The notes beneath the pieces were generated by a model, which saw nothing but the letters and a program-made list of their open reading frames with translations, made no database searches and had not been told where the DNA came from. Shown piece by piece: positions 1-9,414 of a DNA stretch of 30,637 nt. The translations under genes were made by a program, and so were the position numbers. The stretch spans positions 186,001 through 216,637 of the forward strand of contig JAPEUI010000014.1 of the NCBI GenBank assembly GCA_026025075.1, given 5' to 3'. Position 1 is the first letter of the stretch. The number at the start of each line of letters is the position of its first letter. Source of the stretch: Vezdaea acicularis (Eukaryota).

Positions 1-2013
1 AGCGGCACTGGGCGAAGCAGTAACTTCAGTGGTCGTGCTGGAAGCTATTGACGTGGAGGTTGAAGCCTCAGCTTCCTCCACTGAGATTGATGCTGCTTCT
101 TCCACTTCTTCCCCGTTCTCCAAGGGTTCTTGTGCTGACTTCCTTGATCCGAAACCAAAGAATCCCTTTACCTCATCGACAACGCCTCCTTTTTTGTCCA
201 CGTCCGCGACAACATCGCAGCTGACGCTCCCACGGATAACTTCGGGTAGACCATCCATGGGGCTAAGCCGGATTGTGAACTCGGTAGAGATATTCGCAGG
301 TAAACAGCCATATTTCTCAGTTAGCTGCGCTACGGAGGCACTAAGATTTTTTGTCTCGACCCTAGCTATTGGTATCTCTACTTGTATAGTGCCCGTGCCT
401 TCGCTTTGCGTACTTCTGGTGTTTTTGTTAATCTGACCGTTAAGACTCTCAGACACGTAGATATCCTGTTTGAAACTAATCGAAAAATCCTCTTTGTGCT
501 TGATTGAGACCGACTTTACTGTGCCCAGCAGCGACGTGGGGGTGAACAACTTCTGCGGCTTCTTGTCCCATTGTGCCTTTACTGCAAACCCTGCAGCCTC
601 TCCAATTCTGATATCTTTGACTCTAAAGCTTGGGCTTAAGCTCGCACCCTGAAAAGCCGCACCAAACACTGCTGCTTCATCAGCGTTGACATTACTCCGG
701 ATTTTTGCTGAGCCAGCTAGAGCCTCCAGCTTTTTCTGAACGAACGGCGTCCGTGCTGCTCCACCGTGAAGGATTATCGAGTCCAGATCCTCGATAGTAA
801 GCTTGGCGGCATCCAAGGCATCCTCCACAGGTGCTGTGACCCTGTCGACGTATGAAGCTGTGAGTTTTTCGAACTTAGCCCGGTTGACTTTATACCTGAA
901 GTCGAGATCCTCGAACAAACTTTCGAAGCTCGCTACAGTTTCGGAGTTTGCGCTAAGGACCTGCCGCACTCTCTCTGCCTCCTTCCACAATTTAGCGGAT
1001 GAGCGGCCATTCCTCTTGACCATTGTTGTGCCGTCCTTCCCGAGGTCAAGCGCTTTGAATTTAGGTGATGCCACAAAGCCAAGGATTATGTCGTCGATGA
1101 GTACCCCATTGAGCGCGTCGCCTCCCAATGTCTGATCCCACCCAGTGCCAAGCACGCTGACTTCCTGAATGGTTTTGTTGAACCGACCTACGTCTTTTAC
1201 AGTCTTCCCCTGAAACCTAAGCACTGTTGCTGTTGTAGACCCCGCCCCCATATCGAAAACAAGATGGTATTCCGGCTTTCCTCCTTCCGCGGGGTTGGGG
1301 AATGTTCTTGACGTCGCATAGTTGATACCAACAGCAAGCCCATCCGAGACTAGAGAGAGTGTTCTAAGACCGGCCAAGTCCGCAGCAAGCTCCACCGCAC
1401 GCCTCTCATCAGACGTGAAGAACGCTGGCACGGTTACTACTGCATCGCTTATGGAACTTCCTCCAGCCATTGCTTCTGCATTGGCTTTAATACTCTTTAG
1501 TTCCATAGCTAGTAATTCTTCAACAGAAAAAGCTTCCTGCTGTTCACTAAATGCCTGGCTCTTAAAACCTATCGTAGCTCGTTCCTCACCGATAGTCGTT
1601 TCTAATGCAGGGTGCCGCAGCTTATATTCGTCGATAATGTCTCGTCCTCCTAACAAATCTGTCCTCCGCTTTCCTAATAGTGGCTTAAGGTTTGGGTAAA
1701 CATCGGCGGGAAACCGCGCCGCAAGAGCGAGAGCGTCGGAGCCATAGACTCGTTCGGGAAAAGATGTCGAGCCAGGCTTGGCGTTATTCGAAGGCTTGAA
1801 AGCAACGGCGGAAGCCTCTTTACGCTTCGAATCTTTGGTAAGAACAATCTCGAGGGGTATCCCTGGTTTGACGAGGGCTGCTTTTATATATTCAGTGCCT
1901 AGGTCAATCCCGAGGACAGCGGAGACTGCAGAGGTCGTTGTAGCGAAGAATACTAGGACACAAAAAGCCAGTGACAAGGTGTAGAGCGATCTTCGTCGGC
2001 CCGGGGGCGCCAT
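1..2013 (-). CDS. LHS1: ER lumenal Hsp70-family chaperone / nucleotide exchange factor (Lhs1/GRP170); 3' end lies outside the window
   Basis: Manual minus-strand translation from ATG at 2013 gives MAPPGRRRSLYTLSLAFCVLVFFATTTSAVSA (signal peptide), then VLGIDLGTEYIKAALVKPGIPLEIVLTKDSKRKE. Further motifs are VVTVPAFF, LVFDMGAGSTTA, TLGGDALN, IILHGGAARTPFVQ and NVNADEAAVFGAAF. The frame appears to stay open to position 1, which would explain its absence from the ORF track. Confidence 0.93.
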   Translation of the reverse strand, partial: MAPPGRRRSLYTLSLAFCVLVFFATTTSAVSAVLGIDLGTEYIKAALVKPGIPLEIVLTKDSKRKEASAVAFKPSNNAKPGSTSFPERVYGSDALALAARFPADVYPNLKPLLGKRRTDLLGGRDIIDEYKLRHPALETTIGEERATIGFKSQAFSEQQEAFSVEELLAMELKSIKANAEAMAGGSSISDAVVTVPAFFTSDERRAVELAADLAGLRTLSLVSDGLAVGINYATSRTFPNPAEGGKPEYHLVFDMGAGSTTATVLRFQGKTVKDVGRFNKTIQEVSVLGTGWDQTLGGDALNGVLIDDIILGFVASPKFKALDLGKDGTTMVKRNGRSSAKLWKEAERVRQVLSANSETVASFESLFEDLDFRYKVNRAKFEKLTASYVDRVTAPVEDALDAAKLTIEDLDSIILHGGAARTPFVQKKLEALAGSAKIRSNVNADEAAVFGAAFQGASLSPSFRVKDIRIGEAAGFAVKAQWDKKPQKLFTPTSLLGTVKSVSIKHKEDFSISFKQDIYVSESLNGQINKNTRSTQSEGTGTIQVEIPIARVETKNLSASVAQLTEKYGCLPANISTEFTIRLSPMDGLPEVIRGSVSCDVVADVDKKGGVVDEVKGFFGFGSRKSAQEPLENGEEVEEAASISVEEAEASTSTSIASSTTTEVTASPSAA

Positions 2014-2236
2014 ACTGAGTGTTGATAAGACGAGGGGGATTGAGCTGGAAAGGGTCGCAATGACAGAGATCTATAGTCTAATACATGGCAAACAAACTCG
2101 CCGCAGTAGTCACTCCCCAATCGAGAAGAGAGTGCAGAGATATTAATCAGGGGGGAAAGGTCGCAATCTGAAGATAGTTCATCTATGAAATTAGCATCTC
2201 GATTTGGTCCGCAAGATACAGTAGGCTCTTGCCGAA

Positions 2237-2247
2237 AGGACACTTTG
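2237..2247 (-). promoter_or_regulatory. Putative HacA/Hac1 unfolded-protein-response element (UPRE)
   Basis: Minus strand reads CAAAGTGTCCT, matching the Aspergillus HacA consensus CAN(G/A)NTG(T/G)CCT. It lies about 225 bp upstream of the LHS1 ATG, and LHS1 is a known UPR target. Confidence 0.6.
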
Positions 2248-2479
2248 GCGGTTGAAAATTGTGACAGGGGGGGGGATGGGTCCGCCCAGGGTCTTTGCTT
2301 GGCGTGTTTGCACAATATGCAGGGGCATGTTCCGATCACCTAATCATCACTGACCAATTTCAGTCCATCAAATTGATCAGACTCTAGAATTCCCGTGTAC
2401 CACAAATTTGTTCCCGTTAAAGATCTTGTCCTCTTGTGGAAGCTTCTCGTTGTGGTGCTGGCCTGCACTGTTCGTCTAG

Positions 2480-3354
2480 ACATCTGACCTGTACTGTAGC
2501 TGCACGGTTCATGCTTACATTTCTCGTTCATGAGGTAGAAGCATTGCCTATGCGTCTTCAATATATAATTGAAGGGCGTTACTCTTTCCTTCGTATTCAT
2601 CGTTCACCTATTCATAATGGGTCATGGAGATCCCAACTTTGTGGGCCAAGTGGAACTATAGCGAAACGTATTTGTCGCCGACAGCAACACTTCGCCCGAG
2701 CTTCGCCTTGAAGATCCTCAAATACGCTTGTCCTTTAGATCCGGCGCCTTCAGCGGCTTGGGAGCCAAAATCTTGATTCTCAACCTTTGTCATTCCATAC
2801 ACCTAGCCCAGGACATTCTTGGAATGACCATTTCACGATTCACGAAAGGCCATCAAATAACATCTGGCTGGTTTCTGCACCTGAGTGCTCTTCGATTGGG
2901 ATAAAAATAATCGTAGAAGCAAAGGTGTGTAACGGTATAGCGCTACAAAGAAGTTCAGAGTCGGTGGAAAGGAGTTAATATTCAGACGCAGCAGGAATGG
3001 TCGATGGAGTAGAGTCATAGGGTCAACCATAATGGTAACATTCACCTCTAGGCCTATTCCATTTTCATCGCAGGTAGGTGAACTTTCAGCATGACTGGCG
3101 TCATAGCTCTTTGTATGAAGAAAGCTTTGCTTTTTCGTTTGCACAATGTCCTTCGTACGGTGACATACGAGTGTGGCTTCTCCGGTGAACCTAATGTCTA
3201 ACTCACAGACTTCCAATATTGCTGAATCTCGCATATGAAGCTCCATACGGATTGAACAGTTGTAGAACACCCTTATAACGATCTGTGATCAAAATCTTGT
3301 AGTATTTGTTCTGTGTGGCTGCGCAACGAAAGATATCGCGAGAGACGGATTCAT
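2480..3354 (-). pseudogene. Possible degenerate arrestin-N/Bul1-like gene remnant
   Basis: ATG at 3354 (MNPSLAISFVAQP) is in frame with the 145-aa ORF across one TGA. Peptides ELDIRFTGEA, SFLH and FPPTL, plus other-frame IIFIP, RLRIKILAPKPL and ILKTHRQCFY, resemble fungal arrestin-fold proteins. Stops and frameshifts are present and the resemblance is weak. Confidence 0.25.
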
Positions 3355-4373
3355 AAAGCTAGTGCATAGCAACAGATTGATAATGGCAGGCCGTCGAATG
3401 GTTTCGTTCAAGAGGAATATAGCGAGTTACGAACGCTTATAGGATGGAACTAGATTTAGCGTCATTGGAAGCCCGAGTTCTTGTTGCATGCTTGTTCCAT
3501 TTCAGTTCCTAGTCGACACCTCCCACCTCCCTTTCTTCCACCACTTTTGTTTACCATAGCTTTAGGACATCTGTGCAATCGCTGGTACAGCCTCGGCGTA
3601 GGAAGGAGTCTCTGCGATTTTGACAGCCAATTGATCTAGGATCGCGCCCACCCTATGAAGTTTTCAAGATATCAAAAAGATGCAGGCCACACTATGGACG
3701 TGGCGGCTAAGCACAGTGCAAAGTCAGGTCCAATCCAATCAGATTTAGATCTGCAGACGTTGAGTTATTTCGGAAGCCAATCGCGAAATGTTTGCACCTA
3801 TATACTCTCAGAAATATTAATAAACAGATGACTAGAGATAGAAGGTCCAAATGAATTTCAGTAGAGTGAATCTGTATGATTCGACAAGTAGCACTTGCGC
3901 CTGTATGAAAGAATAATCATCTATTAGGAGCCTATTTGCTGATGTCAAACAAAAATAGGTCGATTACATTTGTACAACACGGCGCTACAAAAAGGGATGG
4001 GATTGGAATGATTGGGGAGTAATTCAACCTTCAAGTTGACACATAAATCCAGGCACAGAGCCTCTTCAGTCTCTGGCTGGCTCACACAATGAAAATCAGG
4101 GTAACGACAAACGAAAGATGGGATATTCAAGGCCTTCGCCTTAGGAGTCGAATAAGAATTGTCTGAATGCTCATATTCTAGCGCGCCTGTTGGAGAATTA
4201 GAGGACTAAGTCAAAAGCGAATTTCGATCTTGTTGCTAACATGGTATCGATGGGCAACGCGAAGAGGTACGAAAGAGTGGTCAAAGGAGCCTTCTAGATC
4301 CTTGATAGTGACAACGGCTTAAAGATTATCCGTGAATGAAACGCATCGTCTGCGGTGGCTGATCTCGCTAAAT

Positions 4374-4391
4374 GCGCGTAAACAGTCGCGT
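4374..4391 (+). promoter_or_regulatory. Forkhead site (GTAAACA) flanked by two MCB-like CGCGT cores in the MIS12 promoter
   Basis: Sequence GCGCGTAAACAGTCGCGT, about 65-80 bp upstream of the ATG at 4455. Confidence 0.5.
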
Positions 4392-4454
4392 CTCCCCCGC
4401 AATGCCATTAAACTCTTCATCCAATGGATATCTATAACCTCATTATCAATAGAC

Positions 4455-5624
4455 ATGGGAGACTCAGGGCAGGCAGCAGCAACCAAAATTTTGACCGAGC
4501 ATTTGACATATACGCCCTTAGTTCGTAATTGCAATCTTACATCTCTTACTCTGCTAACTGTCGTGCCCCGCAGTCGCTTATTGATGATATAATCAATAGT
4601 ATCAACACCCTCATCTACAAAGCTGTCAATGCGGTCGAGTTAGGACTTATTCAAACACCCCCTTCTGCGCTTGGCTTCTCGAAGGCAGCTGCGGCCTCGA
4701 ATACCATTCCTGACACAGACGACAAGGGCAACCCTATATTTCCGGAGGCCAAGGCAGAGATCGAGAATGGGGTTCACGAGCTGGAAACCCTGCTAGAGGC
4801 TACAGTGGATAAAGATTTCGACAAATTTGAAATTTACTGTCTGAGGAATGTACTGAGTGTTCCAGAGGATGTGGCAAGCAGAATAAGGTTGGCGCATTAT
4901 GAGGTGAGTGCTCCAGCAGAAAGAGCTCGGCGCACACGTACTTGGGCAACGAGACTGAACAGCGTTCTATTAGGGCCTCACCATTGCTAGTACTCCTGAC
5001 ACCCCGACTCCCGAAAGCATAACAGCGCAACGGCGCAAATTGGTAGAGACACAGAAACTACATGCCGCACTTTTGCGTGATTCAGCGCATAACCAAGCTT
5101 TGATATCTCAGCTCCGCTCTACCCTCGCAGCTTCTTCTACTCCTGGTGGACCCTCCGTTCAAGTAAAATCGGAGTGTACGCCTGTTGTGCAGAAGTCATC
5201 ATTACCTTTATCATTGTTGACTTCCGCTCCTTCCGTCAACAGCCTGAATCTCACAAGTGGCGACGAATCATCCGCACCTCTCACCACAAATGTTCAGTTC
5301 ATCGTCTCGCAACTGCCCACTCTCCGCGCATTACTCGCCTCTATCCGTCCCAAATTAGCGGCATTTCCGGAAACCAAAATTATCGAGTCCGGCGACGGAG
5401 ATTTGTACACGGGCGCGGCTGAGGAACGAAGATTGTATATCGAATCTCAAACGAGGCGGCACCTGGTAAGGACTCAAGGGTTGGAGTTGGATGAGGGTGG
5501 AGTCAGAGATGGGGAATGGACTGGTGGAGGGAGGAAGATTGAAGGGAAAGAGGTGGGTGCATTAGAACGCGTCATCGGTATGCTCGGAGGGGACAAGAGT
5601 AATGGCGAACAGATGGAGGAATAG
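4455..5624 (+). CDS. MIS12: Kinetochore MIND/Mis12 complex subunit Mis12/Mtw1; exons 4455-4520, 4574-4903, 4974-5624
   Basis: Spliced protein reads ILTEHLTYTPL|SLIDDIINSINTLIYKAVNAVE...EIENGVHELETLLEATVDKDFDKFEIYCLRNVLSVP, the Mis12 domain signature. Introns GTTCGT..GCTAAC..CAG and GTGAGT..TAG both preserve frame. Confidence 0.92.
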
Positions 5625-5900
5625 ATCTGGAGTTGAGGAGGCGTATTGGTTGGCATGGGCACGGCGCCAGATAGGTATCCCCGTCCGCAATCGTCTGGTC
5701 CCTGAGTATGTGTAATTGGAAATAAGCGTTTGGAAACAAAAATATCTGGAACTATATTAGTACCGTACCAAGATCATTGACATTGCACAGTCTTATAAAT
5801 GGATCTGATGCCAAATTCTCCACAGATGCATTCCGGTCTGGGTGACCTAATTAAGCGAGCTATCGTACTGTAGCGAGCGAGCAAGCCCGGAGAGCCATGT

Positions 5901-5919
5901 GTAAACAGTTTCTAGCAAC
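5901..5919 (+). promoter_or_regulatory. Composite forkhead site plus RFX X-box-like element upstream of CENP-X
   Basis: GTAAACA (5901-5907) is immediately followed by near-palindromic GTTTCTAGCAAC (5908-5919), about 120-137 bp upstream of the ATG at 6038. Confidence 0.5.
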
Positions 5920-6037
5920 TTCACTACAACAAGCGCACACCAAGTATCATTGTGTCACTACCTAGATTGGCATTGAGATCATATATTCTCTGAAAAGCCG
6001 TATCATCAAGGGGCGAGCTACTCCAGAACTCCCTATC

Positions 6038-6459
6038 ATGCCTCCCAAACCTACAACCTCAAAATTCAAGCCCCCCGCACCCTCTAAAGCCGTCGCGTCC
6101 ACCAATGACGAATTCGAAGACGACCCGGCCAAAGGCGCTCCGGAGCCACACTCACAAGCAGATCCAGGTCCACAGATCCCACAGAAATTACTGACGCGGC
6201 TACTCCACGAGTCATTCTTGGACGCCAATACCAGGGTCAGTAAAGATGCGAGCGCTGCGGTAGGGAAATATATGGAGACCTTTGTGAGGGAAGCGATTGC
6301 AAGAGCGGTGATCGAGAAGAAAGAAGGGGGTGACGGGTTTCTGGAAGTGAGTTGCAAGAGGGGCCAGTCAACAGAAAGAAGTGAACGCTTTGCTGATAAG
6401 TGGCAATGCAGGTTGAAGACTTGGAGAAGATTGCACCACAGCTATTACTTGACTTCTGA
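6038..6459 (+). CDS. MHF2: CENP-X / Mhf2 histone-fold protein; exons 6038-6346, 6412-6459
   Basis: IPQKLLTRLLHESF...TRVSKDASAAVGKYMETFVREAIARA...FLE|VEDLEKIAPQLLLDF* ends in the canonical CENP-X C-terminus. Intron is GTGAGT..GCTGAT..CAG. Confidence 0.93.
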
Positions 6460-8190
6460 ATACATCTCTGGATTCAAGATTGTATCCGCTCATGAACCGC
6501 CACGAAGTCTAGCTAAAGCCTTGAGCAACGTGCGTTTCAGCCCAGTTATGCGACACTGATGTTGGATTGGGAATATTAAGAGCTCACGGGTCTAGTGCTT
6601 ACCATGAAGGCGAAGCTGCGACCTTGATTGCCAAGACACGGGATATAATCGGTGTTGAAAGAATACGAACGTTGCTAGGTTACAGCGTTCCCAATGCCTC
6701 ATCGGATCAGAGTTGTCTGAACTATACGGCTGGGCATGTCCGCAGTGAGAACGCCAACAACGGTCAGCGAGTCGAGTGCTTGGTTCGAATATTCCTCCAA
6801 GAACTTCCAAGACACACGAACGCCACAGGACGCGCACAATTGAGCGGATTTGCGCCCGATTGATCTGGAAGATGTGGGTACAGCGAAAGATCACTAACAT
6901 AAAGGGTTCCCTCCCGCTCAATTTGGACTGTATTCGAGATGAGAAAGTTCGCAGCCAGCCGAGATCAAGTCGAGACGCAATTTGGTCCTCAGTCTTGTTC
7001 TTTGAGCTCTCGCTAGGTCTCACTGCCCCTCAGCTCCATCTTACGGAGATCGATCGCAGGAACAGCTCTCACGTTATAATTTAGTCGAAGCTTGGCCTTC
7101 GCTTGACTGAATTCTCCGGCGACCGTCTGTCACAAGAGCTTGCAAGAGCGACGAGAATGCATTTTCTAATGTACGGCGGCGACCAAGTCCTGGAAGCACG
7201 CGACAGAGATCGGTCGATGGCTTTGTTCTCGGGCGGAGTTGCGCCTGCACTACCGCTAGGCGAGCTTAGAGACTACGGGCTTGATCTGATAAGAACTTGG
7301 CTGGTCGCTGATCTTCTACCACGCACCAGGCGGAGAAACGCCCGATGACATTTAGCTCGCGCACATGATCTTTTCCGATGCGGCTTCTTCCTTTTCCACT
7401 GTCCCTCTCATTAATTCTGCTCTGCTTCTATTCGTCGGAGGAAGAGTTTCTCCGTCAGAACCACGCTGTCGGGACTGGACCTCTCCTGATCCAGGAAGCT
7501 TAGCGCGACTGGTGGAGGCGCAGCCATGATGGAGCTTGCAACGACATCAAAGGGTCTCGACGACCAACCCAACTAATTGTCAGCATTCGACAGCAACGCC
7601 AATCAACATCGGCTGCACCAAAGACAGTTGCTCCATGGATCCCCGTCAACAGCTCACCGCATACTCGAGAATCTGGCAGAGGTCAGGGCATGAGGCTGGG
7701 CACATGAGGCTTGGCAGCCAACGTCAGTTAGACTCGACCTAAGCTTTACCAGCATCACAAGCGTTGTTCGACCGGGCTCATCTCCAAGTTGGTCAGAAGA
7801 AATAGTAACGTTTTCTTGATCTTGCCGTCTCCAGTGGCTGGCCCCAACCCCAGTGGCCGGCACTGCTCGGGCTTCATGCACCCAGCTTACTCTGTTCTAA
7901 GTTTGTTCGCATAGCAAGAAACAGGCTGACCCCTGTGCGATGAGCTCTGTTGCACGGCTGGCTGCTAGCGCTGAGTTGACCGGACTCTCTGACGGCCCTG
8001 CTACCCCCTCCCTTTGCTTTGGAGCTTATAACACCGTCTAGTTTTCCCTTGCAATTGCATTGCCTATATTCACTCCATTCTTCTTGGTACATTCCCGCGT
8101 CTTGCTAGATATACTATCGTTGATCTCAAGGCCCCCACAATCGCTTATAACCACTTTTACCGTCAAATTCTGCTTGCTTCCTGATCAACA

Positions 8191-8920
8191 ATGCATCTCA
8201 CTTCTGCTCTCGTCGCAGCAACTTTGGCCGGTCTTGCTGTTGCCAAATTAGTCTCAGTCGATGTCAGCAATGACAAGGGCGCCCTTCTGTTCGATCCGAA
8301 CGATATCGTGGCGAGCGTGGGTGACGTCGTTCAGTTTACGTTCTACCCGATGAATCACTCCGTTGTTCAGTCGGACTTTGCCACACCATGCGTTCCCTCA
8401 AATGGGGGATTCTTTTCCGGATTCCATGCCGTCGCGGCAGGCACTTCCGATGATGATGCACCCAAATTCTTCATTGAGGTGGTCGATACAAAGCCTATCT
8501 GGTTCTACTGTGCTCAGGCAGGCCATTGCAAGGCTGGAATGGTGGGTGTGATTAACAAGTGAGTAACCAGGTCCTTCAGCTGGAGATACAGCCTAACCTC
8601 ACATGTTCAGGCCAAGCGATCCCACCAAGGATCTCGACGCATTCAAGAAACTCGCCGCCAATGTTACACTTGGCGCTGCTGCTCCCACAGTCGTTGGAGC
8701 TGGGTCTCTGTCCGTCACCGGCTCCGCAACCTCCTTGACCGCGTCAGGCGCAGCAACTGCGAATGCTACTTCAAGCGCTGGCGCCAGCAGCACGACATCT
8801 GCCGGATCTCGCACCGCGTCGAGCTCCTCATCTTCCTCCACGGGGGCGGCTCAGACCCATAGCCCCAAGGCTCAGATTGTCATGGGTGCTGGTGCGCTCG
8901 CTCTAGCTATTCTCGCTTGA
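8191..8920 (+). CDS. Secreted cupredoxin-like Ser/Thr-rich protein, probably GPI-anchored; exons 8191-8558, 8611-8920
   Basis: Signal peptide, then FDPNDIVASVGDVVQFTFYPMNHSVVQSDF and WFYCAQAGHCKAGMVGVIN (His, Cys, His, Met type-1 copper-like ligands). An S/T/A-rich linker and hydrophobic C-terminus follow. Intron is GTGAGT..CCTAAC..CAG. Confidence 0.88.
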
Positions 8921-9414
8921 GTAAGAGATTGAACGGGTTCGAATGATTAGATAGGGCTACAAAGGCTTATTGGGGGAAGAGTGTTTGACTTCGTGTAAAA
9001 CTTGCAATGTTGCCTGCGTTTTATGTGCAGAGAAACTCGATTGAAGCGACTGATGGTACTATCCGCTTAACTCACCGCATGTCGTTCGCGGTCTATAATT
9101 ATGCTTATTTGGATATTTGGTTTAGCGTAACTAAGCTAAGCGAAAAAGTGAAATCTGATATCAGCTCGGAGGTTGGTGAGACAAAATGTTCTGGCAGATC
9201 CTTTTGCTGATTGGCCGGTAAAATGTTATCACCTACCCGAACACCCCTCCCATTCCCCTCCAACTTTTTACATGAACGTCACCTTCCATCAGGGCTTCTT
9301 GCCGTGAAAGGGCGGCGAAGAATCCAGTCACGAATAGGAAGCAATGATCAGCGAAGGACCTTGGTGCTCTCTGAACGTCTATCTGATCGTCGACCCGCCT
9401 TGAGTGCGCGGTAA

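Noticed and set aside
29..1984. Several plus-strand ORFs of 60-135 aa
   Set aside because: They are antisense shadows of the LHS1 reading frame, with no independent coding features.
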